A program made the position numbers and the translations under genes. The notes beneath the pieces were generated by a model, which was not told where the DNA came from, did no database searches, and worked only from the letters and a program-made list of their open reading frames with translations. From a virus (Duplodnaviria > Caudoviricetes): a stretch of 64,000 nt of DNA. The stretch is from the IMG/VR virus record IMGVR_UViG_3300012347_000469, positions 19,126-83,125 of that record; one strand, 5' to 3'. Shown here one piece after another: positions 11,746 through 22,555 of this stretch; the first letter of the stretch is position 1; every line of letters begins with the position of its first letter.

Positions 11746-14700
11746 TTATCTTGTTGAGTTAACTATATTTTCTACCGGAACACGAATTTCAGAAGCAGTT
11801 ATAGCTGCTACTATTTCAATGTTATCGACTGTTGCCCCGCTAACAAAGAGTTCGTCAGGGTTACTTTGAATTTCAAATAAGCTGCCAAAAGATTGACTAG
11901 CTTGAGTTGGTACAATAACTAAATTACTAATATCAGGAGATACGCTGTTTGTAATGTAAGTTATTAGTTCACCAACATAAAATCTATCTCCAAAATCCCA
12001 ATTTGCAACATCGAAAAAAGAATTAATTGCACTTACAATTCTAACTTTAAGATCGTTATCATTAATTGATTTGGTAGAATTTTTTACTACTTTAAATTGT
12101 GCCTGTAAAGACGGGACTGCTGTTGATCCAAATAATACTTTATAATTTACCGGATAGTAAATAATTTCGTCGCTTATTGTTTTAATAAGATTTAATGCTG
12201 ATCCGTATGTAATTCTTAGACTTTCACTAGACGGAGCAGTCGGCAGTATGTCTACTGCTCCTTTGAGGTAGTTTCTAAATTCAGTGTCGTATGTTTTTGT
12301 TAGTAAGTATACATCGATGATATTACTAACACTAGGATCGATTCGCCTGTCAACATTTGCATTATGTATATACTGAAATTTTAATCCAGCTCTGCCAACA
12401 AATGCAAGATATGTAGGATCATACTCAAATGCCTTTGACAATCCAGCCTGAACAACTTTCATTACTTTATCTTCAGATTCTGCATAAAAATAAACAAGAT
12501 CTCCAACTGAATAGTCTGCTGCATTTGTAGTGAGTTGTGTTAATGCGTACTGTATCGTCGAATTATTTAAATTATTTATAAATTCAAATTTAATATTACC
12601 AGTTGTGTCGTCGATTTTTCTAAAAAATAAAAATTTTAAATCAGTATCTAATCCTACAATTTGTTCAAATGCTTCGGGATTATCAATGACTCCGTCATCG
12701 TCACTGTCAGAAAACGCAATTTTTATCTCGTTTGTACTTTGGTATCCATCTTCATATCTAATAGCATCACTAATTTCAAATATAAGATCTTGCATTAACG
12801 GAGTAATTAGAGAGTTGTCAGTATTGATTCCTAATACTTTTACTTGATCTTTAATAGTTTTACCAGTTCTGCTGTCGTATGTTTTTTGATTGGCATCAAA
12901 ATAAAATCTGTTTTGTTTTAAGCTTCCAAACACATAATCTATACTCCGTATGCTAACAGTGTATCGGTCGATATCGTTAACAAATGAAACTATCCACGAT
13001 GCATCAGCATTAGTATTAGATATGTCTCCAGCAGATCCATTATTAAAAAATGAGGATAAATTTAAATTAGCAGCAGTAATAATTTTCCAAGATAACGATA
13101 CGTAATCGTATCTTAATCCAAAGTTTAACCCTGCTGTAATAATATTAATCATTTGCAATTCTAGTGCATCGGGCAAACTAGTCAAAAATCTAGGAACAAT
13201 TCTACTAGCAATTGCACCAGTAGGAACTGCATCATTAAACATAACAGGGCCTAACCCCGTAGATAGTATACCTCGTCCTGCATTAGTACCGTCGCCTGTA
13301 ATCTTAACAGCCTTTACCCAAATTTTATCAGTCTGTGTTGAATCTGTTGTATCGATATCTACAATAGACCCTAATTTAAATGCTTTTCCAACTGGGGGTA
13401 TAAATTTAATTAATGCGTTCGATGTAAGATGTTTTAACGTATTGCTAGTATACGCTCCCACTTTTAACAACGTATCAAACTTGTCGACAAAATATCCAGT
13501 CGACAAGTTTACATCTGAAGTTACTTGTGTCCATGATATATTTAACTCTGAAAATGCGATTTTTTCGTACTTAGTTAAGTAAAAATTATAAATGTTATCC
13601 GCTGATAATGCCGACTCGAGTTGTCGTCTAATGAAATTTGTAATATCTGCTCTATTAGAAAACTTAAAAGCTAATTCAATTTCAGAGTCGTTTTTAAAAA
13701 TGTATCCGTCATCTGAGAATATATTAACGCTACTATACTTACCGCTAGCATCAACAATATCAAAATTCCTTGAAATCCCGCTTGATGTTCTATTAATAGA
13801 CTTCACTTTAAGAATATCTTGGCTACTTGATAACGGTGCTAACTGATAATCTTCCCCTGTTACCATCCTATTTTGCGTATAATATATAGCCGGTGCTCGA
13901 TTTCTAATGCTGTCTATGTCTTCAGCTGCGGTAGCATTTGATATTGCAGATTTTAAACTCAAATTAATAGTGAGCTCGTGAATAACTCCGGATTTATTTT
14001 TATAAGGGATGCCGATAGTAATTCCTCGCATTTCAGAAGGAGTTATAACATAACTTTGCCCAACACTAATTCGATAATATGCTCTAAATGCACCTTGAGG
14101 TAAATTGCCGTATACTCCGTCTGCAAAAACTAAATCTATTTTGTCATCGGCTTTGGTTACAACATTGTATATGTTTCGAATATTTGAAGCTATACTATTA
14201 TATGCAATATTATTTCCAGTAATGGCAGAAACTTTTGTCCACTCGTTAGTTTGAGACTTGTTTCCATCTAATGAGTATAACCATACATCATCATTGTTAA
14301 TATTTGGCATATTAACTGTTATAACTTCGTTAGTTGAGGGGATTGCAATTTCAAATTCAGTTGCTTCTAAACTACCTTGCTTAAGCATTAAGAAGAATCC
14401 AGTGTTAGCACTTCCGGTGCCCTGGCCATCTTGTCGATAAACAAATCCCATTTCTCTTCCGGGCAACGGCGACTCTTCGTGAAAATCTTCATTACTACCA
14501 AATGCTGTGCTAACAATTTCGAATGCCATGCGTCGACTAGCGACTGCTTTATTAAAATTAAATAAAGGTACATCGGCGAATACTGATCTAAATCTATACT
14601 GCTCGGCAGGAATGCCGTGGATTGTCTGAGACCCTTGTCCTCTTCCAAATTCTGTATTGTCGCTCATTGTTGAATTTAATACAGTAATAAATTGCTCAAA

Positions 14701-15156
14701 CCAATTTGGATTAGTTGGATCGTTCCAAATTATATTTTGCCCTGATAAATTTTTTCCAGAACTATCTATGATATTTTCAGTTGTACTTATTGTATCAAAT
14801 TTTAAAAGACCCTGAGCGGCTGTATTTCTTTTTGCATTATATGAAAGTAGTCTTGATAATCTAAGAACTGATTCCTTTGTTTCGGCTAATTCTATAAAAT
14901 TTTCCCTACTAGCTAAATCAATTCGAAATGCAAGACTTTGGCCTAGAAATGCAACAGCATCAATAATAGCCATATATTCCGAGCTTTCGATATAGTCGTT
15001 GAAGTCTTCTGGGTAATTTTCTCGAAGATATGTAACTATAACACGACGCAAATTTTCAAAGTCATAGCTTTTGAAATCGGCATTTTTAAAAGTCTGGTAA
15101 ATTCTTTTCCAGTCTTGATTTAATAATAAATTATTTTGTCTACTAGTAGTTGTCAT
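11746..15156 (-). CDS. gp6: Baseplate wedge protein (T4 gp6-like), 1136 aa
   Basis: N-terminal DFKSYDFENLR...ENFIELAETKESVLRLSRLLSYNAKR and RAPAIYYTQNRMVTGEDY motifs typical of gp6; lies downstream of gp25. Confidence 0.9.
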   Translation of the reverse strand: MTTTSRQNNLLLNQDWKRIYQTFKNADFKSYDFENLRRVIVTYLRENYPEDFNDYIESSEYMAIIDAVAFLGQSLAFRIDLASRENFIELAETKESVLRLSRLLSYNAKRNTAAQGLLKFDTISTTENIIDSSGKNLSGQNIIWNDPTNPNWFEQFITVLNSTMSDNTEFGRGQGSQTIHGIPAEQYRFRSVFADVPLFNFNKAVASRRMAFEIVSTAFGSNEDFHEESPLPGREMGFVYRQDGQGTGSANTGFFLMLKQGSLEATEFEIAIPSTNEVITVNMPNINNDDVWLYSLDGNKSQTNEWTKVSAITGNNIAYNSIASNIRNIYNVVTKADDKIDLVFADGVYGNLPQGAFRAYYRISVGQSYVITPSEMRGITIGIPYKNKSGVIHELTINLSLKSAISNATAAEDIDSIRNRAPAIYYTQNRMVTGEDYQLAPLSSSQDILKVKSINRTSSGISRNFDIVDASGKYSSVNIFSDDGYIFKNDSEIELAFKFSNRADITNFIRRQLESALSADNIYNFYLTKYEKIAFSELNISWTQVTSDVNLSTGYFVDKFDTLLKVGAYTSNTLKHLTSNALIKFIPPVGKAFKLGSIVDIDTTDSTQTDKIWVKAVKITGDGTNAGRGILSTGLGPVMFNDAVPTGAIASRIVPRFLTSLPDALELQMINIITAGLNFGLRYDYVSLSWKIITAANLNLSSFFNNGSAGDISNTNADASWIVSFVNDIDRYTVSIRSIDYVFGSLKQNRFYFDANQKTYDSRTGKTIKDQVKVLGINTDNSLITPLMQDLIFEISDAIRYEDGYQSTNEIKIAFSDSDDDGVIDNPEAFEQIVGLDTDLKFLFFRKIDDTTGNIKFEFINNLNNSTIQYALTQLTTNAADYSVGDLVYFYAESEDKVMKVVQAGLSKAFEYDPTYLAFVGRAGLKFQYIHNANVDRRIDPSVSNIIDVYLLTKTYDTEFRNYLKGAVDILPTAPSSESLRITYGSALNLIKTISDEIIYYPVNYKVLFGSTAVPSLQAQFKVVKNSTKSINDNDLKVRIVSAINSFFDVANWDFGDRFYVGELITYITNSVSPDISNLVIVPTQASQSFGSLFEIQSNPDELFVSGATVDNIEIVAAITASEIRVPVENIVNSTR

Positions 15157-15211
15157 TTATGTTGCACCCTATCTAGTATTTATCTATTAAAATTATCAGA
15201 CTATTTAATAA

Positions 15212-15646
15212 TTATATTATTATACTGTTCCTGCGATCAAATACTAGAGTTAATGTATCTGTTAAATTTTCTGGAACATATATCAAATCAGCTTGAATTC
15301 GAATACCTTGCTCTGTACTATCAACATTAAGAGAACTTACTTTTAGTCGAGAGTCATAATTAATAATTTTTTCAACATCTTTAGCGATACTATCTCTAAC
15401 AACACTAGTAAATTGTTCAAAGATAATATCCCAAATAATAGTGCCAAAGTCCGGGTTTTCAAGTTTCTCGCCTTTTCGAATATAAAAATGGTTAATTAAA
15501 TCTTGTTTTACTAATTCAAAATCATACATTTTAAAATTTTGAGAAGGGACTCTAGAATTAAATCCTTTGTATCTAAATTCTGTATTATCGTCACCTACGC
15601 TAACTTTGTTTTGAGGAATTACTTTTGTGTTATATACAGTTGTCAT
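15212..15646 (-). CDS. gp25: Baseplate wedge subunit gp25-like
   Basis: DFELVKQDLINHFYIRKGEKLENPDFGTIIWDIIFE and YDSRL motifs; position between gp5 and gp6. Confidence 0.9.
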   Translation of the reverse strand: MTTVYNTKVIPQNKVSVGDDNTEFRYKGFNSRVPSQNFKMYDFELVKQDLINHFYIRKGEKLENPDFGTIIWDIIFEQFTSVVRDSIAKDVEKIINYDSRLKVSSLNVDSTEQGIRIQADLIYVPENLTDTLTLVFDRRNSIII

Positions 15647-15658
15647 TATGTTGTCTCT

Positions 15659-17263
15659 TTAAAACGGACTATCGGCTGGTTTTTTATACTTTTTCCATTC
15701 CGTAGGTGGTTTTTCTAAGTCTGTTGTTTCAGACTCTGAAATTTCTTGAAATCTATTTTTTATATCTCTATCAGTTTTATCGGCTCCGTATGCTACTGGA
15801 TCTAAATTTTCATGCTGAGGATATGGCTCAGGAGTCGGCACTCTGCGTAATATTGTTGACAATTTTACTGCTTCTTGAGCTGCTCCTGGTGCCGATAAAT
15901 CAGGTAAAGAATGTGTTTTTAAAAATACTGGTAACTCTGCAATAGCCGCAGTCTTTGCATTCGGTCCATTCATGTGTATTAACGGTGCTGTCTCAATTAT
16001 GTTGCCGCCGGCTTTAGTTTCATTTGTACCGCCGGATGTTTCTGCAATGCTACCTACCACATTAAGATTATAATCTGCTCCTACTTTACTAGTAAATGCC
16101 TTTTCTATCGTAGAATCAACTTTTCCTTTGATTTTAATTTTTTGATTACCGTCTATCATAATAACACTGTCGGTTTTAACTTCAGTATACATTTCGGCTC
16201 CAGCACGAAAATTTATGTTCCTGCCAGCGTCGATATTAAAATCTCTATCGCATCGAAAATTAAAATCTTGCTTTGTTCGTATACTAATACTATCATTTGA
16301 AAAAATGTCAATTTTGCCGTTAGATGTTAATTCTATCCATGCAGATCCACTGGAATTGCCTATATAAATCAAATCCTCGGCATTGCTTAATAATATTTGA
16401 TGGCCTGTGCGTGTTCGAATTCTAAAATGTTCGTTGTACGGTATCGATGTATTACCGCCACCTTTAATATATTTAGGCGGGGCTACAGATGCATGTTTTT
16501 CTCTAAAATATCGATCGTCTCCATCGTCCATTACAAACTGTGTACCTCCCAATCGACTAACTGGCATTAGTGCAGAACTTTGCTTGTTTCCTATAAATGA
16601 TTTTTTTCCATTTCTATCAAGAGGTCCAGGGCTACTCATTCCAAATACCATATTAGGAACATCTCTACGTGCAGTCGATGTTGATGTTCCTCTAAACTCG
16701 TCTCGAATTAATCCCTGTGTCTGAAATACTTTAGCAATTGGATGCACAGCTCGTGCAATTTTATCAATTTCAAGACTTTTTTCCATTGCATTAGCTTTTC
16801 TATTATGCTCCGACACTGGTAACGGGTGTTCACCTTGATCGTAACTACCACCAGTATAATTCTTAGAACCGCCAATTGCAGGAATCATGTGATTTACAAA
16901 CTTATCTTGAACGCACGCTATCCAATATCCAGTTGCTGCATTTCCGTTAATAAAAATAACAAGACCGGTTACTCCTACATCAGGGGGCATTGCCCAAAAT
17001 CCATAACTCTTTTGAGTATCATCGTGGGATATATTTTTACCCATAAATTCATAAGCAGTAGTACCGTAAAAAGGCGAAGCATACTTTACAATGTATGTTT
17101 GTGTCTCGTCAGCTATTTGATTTCCAGACTCTCTTAACAGTGTTACTTCAAATCCGCCTTGAAATGTCGGATCCAAAAAGCTCACAACTTTAGCTAAGTA
17201 CGGGGCAGTTTTTAAACTACCCTGGCCAGTTTCTTGACTATCTGCTCTATTATCTAATACCAT
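15659..17263 (-). CDS. gp5: Baseplate central spike/hub protein (gp5/VgrG-like, no lysozyme domain)
   Basis: OB-fold-like N-terminus (KSYGFWAMPPDVGVTGLVIF), RIRTRTGHQILL..YIGNSSGSAWIELTSNGKIDIF and beta-helix-like C-terminal repeats. Confidence 0.7.
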   Translation of the reverse strand: MVLDNRADSQETGQGSLKTAPYLAKVVSFLDPTFQGGFEVTLLRESGNQIADETQTYIVKYASPFYGTTAYEFMGKNISHDDTQKSYGFWAMPPDVGVTGLVIFINGNAATGYWIACVQDKFVNHMIPAIGGSKNYTGGSYDQGEHPLPVSEHNRKANAMEKSLEIDKIARAVHPIAKVFQTQGLIRDEFRGTSTSTARRDVPNMVFGMSSPGPLDRNGKKSFIGNKQSSALMPVSRLGGTQFVMDDGDDRYFREKHASVAPPKYIKGGGNTSIPYNEHFRIRTRTGHQILLSNAEDLIYIGNSSGSAWIELTSNGKIDIFSNDSISIRTKQDFNFRCDRDFNIDAGRNINFRAGAEMYTEVKTDSVIMIDGNQKIKIKGKVDSTIEKAFTSKVGADYNLNVVGSIAETSGGTNETKAGGNIIETAPLIHMNGPNAKTAAIAELPVFLKTHSLPDLSAPGAAQEAVKLSTILRRVPTPEPYPQHENLDPVAYGADKTDRDIKNRFQEISESETTDLEKPPTEWKKYKKPADSPF

Positions 17264-17274
17264 GTAGTTCCTTT

Positions 17275-19206
17275 TTAACCGTAATATGTTGACGAGAATA
17301 ATGTCGATCTTTCGGCAATAGGCTTATCAAGGGTAGTTACTGCTACTTCGTCTGTTGGGGTTTCTTTTAGATCTTGTCCGTGTATTAACGATCCAGTAAG
17401 AGTTTGGGTAAAGTTTCCATCATTCCACTTTGATAACACCGAATTAATCCTGTAAACGCCACTAAATGGTCCAGAAATTCCAGCCTCTTGGAATTTATAA
17501 AACCCTTCTCCTCCTACTGTATCTTGTGGCGATTTAAAATCCATCTGGATACAGATTTCTCTATTTGTAAAATTCATAGTAAAATCTTCATTCTCCATAC
17601 CGCCGTCGCCCGGAGGGTTGTAGTTTGGATAATTGGCTACTGGGAGCCAGTAAGGATCGCCCATAATTTCCAAATTTAAACTTATCATATCGCCGTTTAA
17701 TCTAAGAATATTAGCATGAAATTGATTTGCTACCTGTTGTGCAGTATCTAATCTACCAGATCCGCCAGCTGCAATAGTACCCGTAACAGCATTTGCTATC
17801 CTAACTCCGGGAGATACAGAAGCTGGTGATGACTCTACTCCAGCTCCAGCAGTTGTTGAACTACCATAAACAGGCGCAGAAATCGATGCGTTAATTCCGG
17901 CATTTGCATTTGATCCAGAATTCGACATAGGATTAGGTGCAACTCCTGTAACATGCATTGTTTTAAATAACAATTCCCATTTTAATACTTCAGTATTGAG
18001 GCCCGAATAAATGTAGTAATATTTTTTTGTTATTTCTCGCTTAAGTTTATCAATTGCTTGCGCTGCTACTTGTGCAGGTTTAAAGATACTGTGATGCACT
18101 TTGTATGGAACAATTTTATATATATATGTTTTTGCGCGAGCATTTTGAGATTTATCGTCGTCGCCTATTATGATGTCTGGTAAAATTTTCCACCATATAA
18201 CATTTCCGTCTTCGATTTCTTTTTGTCCCATAGCTGACTCTCGAACATGTTTAGTGTTTATTATTACTAGATCTATTGCATTTGTAATGCTAGTATCCTT
18301 TGATAACATTATTGATGTTTCTCTGGGGTCGATAATCATTCGATCTCTAACAACTTTAGAGCCGTCGATTACATCACCGTTTCGTTTATAAATGCCAATT
18401 ACTCCGGACGAATCTGCTTGGAATTCAAAGGATCCTGTATCGTTATCAACTTTAAAAGGATTTGGGCCTCCCCAGTCGCAGTCTGGGAACTCTATTTGAT
18501 ACTTGTCTGCTATTTGTTTTGTTCCTGCTTTTACTAACTCTTGTTCACGATTATTCAACATAACTAATAAACTATTTGTTGGATGAGATACAAGTGCTTC
18601 GTACGCTCCTTTACCTATTAGTTTTACATCATTAAATAGTGTATTTGATGATTTATTAAATACTTGATCGTTATACGGAAATAATTTAACTTGATATTTG
18701 CTGCCAGACTCGTCCGCAGTCCACTCAATTTCTTGAATACGTACACAAAAATACCAAGGTCCTATAGAACTAAATGAATTTGTTGTACTTTGACCTTCTA
18801 TATCTAATCTCAGTACATACGGTGCATCTTGCATGTAACTATTATAGTTTGCAAGTTTTGCCGCAGTTTGTAACGATTGTAAAAATAAACCCATACTATA
18901 GGGTTCAAATAATTCAAACTTAATCGATTGCTGATTTGTATTACCTGCTGCTCCTGTAGGTTGAATAAATGCATTCATTTCTAAATTATTAACAAAGAAT
19001 TCCGGTATGCCGTCAACTGTAGGGACCCTTGCATCTCCGTATCTTCCTGCCGAACTAAACACTACTTTGTCAAGAGAATTTGGACCACTTCGATATGACC
19101 CAGAATTAAACTCATCAGCAGATATTGCTGCAAGTGTCCACAAGCAGTTAAATGTTGCTAGTTTGTTTAGTATGTTTTGTTTTGACTTATCTTCGATATT
19201 CGACAT
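17275..19206 (-). CDS. Putative baseplate hub protein (gp27-like)
   Basis: C-terminal LNLEIMGDPYW...SGVYRINSVLSKWNDGNFTQTL resembles contractile-system hub proteins; lies between gp53 and gp5. Confidence 0.55.
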   Translation of the reverse strand: MSNIEDKSKQNILNKLATFNCLWTLAAISADEFNSGSYRSGPNSLDKVVFSSAGRYGDARVPTVDGIPEFFVNNLEMNAFIQPTGAAGNTNQQSIKFELFEPYSMGLFLQSLQTAAKLANYNSYMQDAPYVLRLDIEGQSTTNSFSSIGPWYFCVRIQEIEWTADESGSKYQVKLFPYNDQVFNKSSNTLFNDVKLIGKGAYEALVSHPTNSLLVMLNNREQELVKAGTKQIADKYQIEFPDCDWGGPNPFKVDNDTGSFEFQADSSGVIGIYKRNGDVIDGSKVVRDRMIIDPRETSIMLSKDTSITNAIDLVIINTKHVRESAMGQKEIEDGNVIWWKILPDIIIGDDDKSQNARAKTYIYKIVPYKVHHSIFKPAQVAAQAIDKLKREITKKYYYIYSGLNTEVLKWELLFKTMHVTGVAPNPMSNSGSNANAGINASISAPVYGSSTTAGAGVESSPASVSPGVRIANAVTGTIAAGGSGRLDTAQQVANQFHANILRLNGDMISLNLEIMGDPYWLPVANYPNYNPPGDGGMENEDFTMNFTNREICIQMDFKSPQDTVGGEGFYKFQEAGISGPFSGVYRINSVLSKWNDGNFTQTLTGSLIHGQDLKETPTDEVAVTTLDKPIAERSTLFSSTYYG

Positions 19207-19208
19207 GC

Positions 19209-19511
19209 TTATTTTCCTATTGAACTTAATAATTTAGCTTTATTTGGACATTGAATGGTAATACCTGGTAAAAAATCGTAAATTGGGTCTTTAAGAATAT
19301 TTCTATTTCGATGCACAAAGACCCACCACAGTTTTGCAGATCCGTACATATCATATGCTAGTAAGTCAGGTCTATGCTTGTATTGATTTTCTATAATATA
19401 AGATGCATCGTATTGATCCGATGGTATTTTTCTGTACACTAGTGTATCTAAATATAAAGAATTAATTGATGTCAAAAACCAAGGTGATGTGTTGTTATAT
19501 TTTGTTGTCAT
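19209..19511 (-). CDS. gp53: Baseplate wedge protein gp53-like (LysM-like)
   Basis: YKHRPDLLAYDMYGSAKLWWVF motif. Confidence 0.8.
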   Translation of the reverse strand: MTTKYNNTSPWFLTSINSLYLDTLVYRKIPSDQYDASYIIENQYKHRPDLLAYDMYGSAKLWWVFVHRNRNILKDPIYDFLPGITIQCPNKAKLLSSIGK

Positions 19512-19517
19512 AAGCTT

Positions 19518-20591
19518 TTAATATTTAATAATTCCAGTACCGCTGCGATAGTCGTCGAAGTTAAATCCTCGCTGAGAATTTCTGTTGTATACCACTCCGA
19601 CTGTTATAGATACATTACTTAATCTAGGAACATAATTTACACCAGCATGTGCAATATAATTAACGTCGTCTTTAAGGTCTACTGTGAATGATTTTACTAC
19701 TACTGGTGTATCTGGTAAAAGAGTTGCCGGGTACCCTCCCGAATAACCTTTAAGTGTACAAATAAGTGGTGGATTTCCTAAATTAGTACTAGTGCCGTAA
19801 AACATCTTAGTAAGTGACCTACCTAGTTTTACCATATCTAACCATTCTTCTGCATCTTCGTGAGTTTCCACCGGCCACTCGCACGATATTGTAATATCGT
19901 CAACTGAACTATTTTTATATGACATAAAAGAATAATTACTATGAACTAAATTTGTCGAATTGTATTCTGCTTTGTGAGATAATGTCATATTTGGGAGAAC
20001 TGGGAATATTATTTTTCCAAATACCGATGCATCAATTTGCACTCGCCAATCACCTGGATCCGTTGTTACTGCTCGTACAACAGTTGCCGGGCTACCCCAA
20101 TCAAAGTTTGATGCCATTCCGGTGAGTAAGCTGTTAATATCAACTGATGGTAAATTAAGTGATCTAGTAGCTTGCACGATATCTGCAGAAGCTTTAGCAA
20201 ATGCTGCATTAATTTCTGAACCAGATAATGTCCCTGATGCAAGCTGCTGTGATATTGCTGACAACTTACTACCAACTTCTGTTGTTAAAGAACTAAACAA
20301 TGCAGTAGATTGTGCGGTTAAACTTGTTTGCACTGCATTGTTTAAATTTGAAACAGTTCGGGTCGATAATGCATTAATTGATGCTGTAGCATTGTTAATT
20401 GCGTTTGTGGCTCCGTTGAGCCCTGACCCAATTACTCCCGATAGATTATTGACACTAAGGGCTAATTTTGCTTTATTTATATTAGCGGTTATAGATTCTG
20501 CTGTGGCTGCAACGTTAGAAGAAGCATTCACTGCCGACGATGTTGCGGCAGATGCAGTTATAATTGAAGCCGGATTAGTAGATAATGCCAT
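19518..20591 (-). CDS. Putative baseplate/tail-tube initiator (gp48/gp54-like) with Ala/Ser-rich N-terminal half
   Basis: C-terminal IIFPVLPNMTLSHKAEYNSTNLVHSNY...PPLICTLKGY domain typical of tube initiators; adjacent to gp53. Confidence 0.55.
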   Translation of the reverse strand: MALSTNPASIITASAATSSAVNASSNVAATAESITANINKAKLALSVNNLSGVIGSGLNGATNAINNATASINALSTRTVSNLNNAVQTSLTAQSTALFSSLTTEVGSKLSAISQQLASGTLSGSEINAAFAKASADIVQATRSLNLPSVDINSLLTGMASNFDWGSPATVVRAVTTDPGDWRVQIDASVFGKIIFPVLPNMTLSHKAEYNSTNLVHSNYSFMSYKNSSVDDITISCEWPVETHEDAEEWLDMVKLGRSLTKMFYGTSTNLGNPPLICTLKGYSGGYPATLLPDTPVVVKSFTVDLKDDVNYIAHAGVNYVPRLSNVSITVGVVYNRNSQRGFNFDDYRSGTGIIKY

Positions 20592-20660
20592 TTCATTTGT
20601 CCTTTTTCATATTTATCTTTATCAAAATGTGCTAATATATACTATATCTTGGAGATACAA

Positions 20661-21491
20661 ATGGCAATTACTGCAATACCAAAAATAAAATATTTAACTA
20701 ATAAAGATTTACTTAAAGAAATTCATAATAGTAAAACCACATTTTGTGAATTTACACAACCAGAATTTAGCGAATACGATCTTATAGTGCTCGATTTAGA
20801 AAAAATTAACGAAATAGCAATTGCAGATGCTAGGAAAATACGTGCAATTAAAATGGCAAAAGCTGCATACCAAAAAGCATTAGAGACCGATAAACGTGCT
20901 AGCTTAAAAAACTTTGAAGTAGACCCGGCATCTGTTCCAAAAGATCAATTAATATTTCGAGTAATGACATACGACCATATTCCGCTTGCTCCGGGTCGTA
21001 AGAAGACACTCAAAAATGTAGCTGATAGCCATGACAAAGTTAATTTTCCACCATTTCAACATTGGAAATATTCAGAAGACGGACACTTAATATGTGTTGG
21101 TAAAAGTCACTGGGTTGGTTCGATCGATAATGGTAAATTTACTAAAGACAAAGGGCAAATGACTAATAATCTTGCAAGAATGTTTTTAAAATTATGCGAC
21201 CGATACGCAACAAGAGGCAATGTTCGAGGATATACGTATAACGACGAAATGAAAGGGCAGGCTATTTTACAATTAACTCAAATAGGTTTACAGTTCGATG
21301 AATCAAAATCCGATAATCCATTTGCTTATTACACTGCTGCTGTTACAAATTCATTCGTGCGAATCATCAACATTGAAAAAAGAAATCAAAACATACGAGA
21401 CGATATACTGGAAATTAACGGAATGAATCCTAGTTGGACTAGACAAAATTCAGGAGGGGCAGGGGGAAGTTCCGACGGTGATATAGATTGA
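20661..21491 (+). CDS. gp55: Late-transcription sigma factor (T4 gp55-like)
   Basis: YTYNDEMKG...FDESKSDNPFAYYT...RIINIEKRNQ motif. GGAGA RBS at 20651 supports a start at 20661 rather than 20649. Confidence 0.85.
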   Translation: MAITAIPKIKYLTNKDLLKEIHNSKTTFCEFTQPEFSEYDLIVLDLEKINEIAIADARKIRAIKMAKAAYQKALETDKRASLKNFEVDPASVPKDQLIFRVMTYDHIPLAPGRKKTLKNVADSHDKVNFPPFQHWKYSEDGHLICVGKSHWVGSIDNGKFTKDKGQMTNNLARMFLKLCDRYATRGNVRGYTYNDEMKGQAILQLTQIGLQFDESKSDNPFAYYTAAVTNSFVRIINIEKRNQNIRDDILEINGMNPSWTRQNSGGAGGSSDGDID

Positions 21492-21516
21492 CTTTCACAA
21501 CTTTCTATAGTATAAT
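21488..21516 (+). promoter_or_regulatory. Sigma70-type (early) promoter upstream of gp47
   Basis: TTGACT-17 nt-TATAAT. Confidence 0.8.
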
Positions 21517-21541
21517 AGTGTAGACTATAGAAAGGGTTTAA

Positions 21542-22555
21542 ATGAGCAATTTATTTAAAAAAGTAGCAGTAATGACCGACATACATTTCGGTCTAAAATC
21601 TAATTCAGTAACACACAATCAAGATTGTGAGGATTTTGTAGATTGGTTTATTGCTACTGCTAAGGCTGAAAATTGCGATACTGGCATTTTTTGTGGAGAT
21701 TATCAACATAATAGAAATACTATGAATATCTCCACAATGCATTACAGTTTAAGAGCACTAGAAAAATTAGGGAAATCATTCGACCAATTTTTCTTTATAA
21801 CCGGAAATCACGATTTATACTACAAAGATAAACGAGATATACATAGTGCAGCCTTTGGAAAATATATTCCAGGTATAACAGTTGTAGATAGCATTATTAC
21901 CCAAGGCGATGTTACAATAATGCCTTGGTTAGTGGGCGACGAATGGAAAAAAATTCCCAATATCAAAAGTAGATATATGTTTGGCCATCTAGAATTGCCG
22001 AGCTTTTTCATGAATGCTATGGTACAGATGCCAGATCACGGACAATTACAAAGTACACACTTTCAACATCAAGAACATGTGTTTACCGGACATTTTCACA
22101 AACGGCAGCATAATCGAAATATTTCCTATATAGGAAATGCATTCCCACATAATTATGCCGATGCTGGCGACGATGATCGTGGAATGATGATACTCGAATG
22201 GGGTAATTCTCCTGTATACAAAGCATGGCCAAATCAACCACTATATCGGGTGTTTAAGCTTAGTGATTTAATTGACAATGCCGATTCGCTATTACGTGAA
22301 AAAATGCACTGCAGAGTAACTATTGACTTGCCGATTAGTTTCGAAGAAGCTAATTTTATTAGAGAAACATTTTTACCACAATATAATCTGCGAGAATTAA
22401 TGTTAATTCCGGAAAAAGTTGAAGTAGAATCTTCAGCTACTTCTATCGATGTAACATTTGAATCAGTAGACACTATTGTTATGGCGCAACTTGCTGCAAT
22501 CGAAAGCGAAGCATATGATAACAAATTACTTTTAGAAATTTATAAAGACTTATGA
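21542..22555 (+). CDS. gp47: Recombination endonuclease subunit (gp47/SbcD/Mre11-like)
   Basis: Metallophosphoesterase motifs TDIHFG, GD, GNHD, GHLE, GHFH. Confidence 0.92.
   Translation: MSNLFKKVAVMTDIHFGLKSNSVTHNQDCEDFVDWFIATAKAENCDTGIFCGDYQHNRNTMNISTMHYSLRALEKLGKSFDQFFFITGNHDLYYKDKRDIHSAAFGKYIPGITVVDSIITQGDVTIMPWLVGDEWKKIPNIKSRYMFGHLELPSFFMNAMVQMPDHGQLQSTHFQHQEHVFTGHFHKRQHNRNISYIGNAFPHNYADAGDDDRGMMILEWGNSPVYKAWPNQPLYRVFKLSDLIDNADSLLREKMHCRVTIDLPISFEEANFIRETFLPQYNLRELMLIPEKVEVESSATSIDVTFESVDTIVMAQLAAIESEAYDNKLLLEIYKDL

Noticed and set aside
430-14648. Numerous short ORF-track ORFs (e.g. 2788-3117, 12530-12847, 13592-13846)
   Set aside because: Antisense or off-frame shadows of the long minus-strand baseplate genes, without RBS or recognisable motifs.
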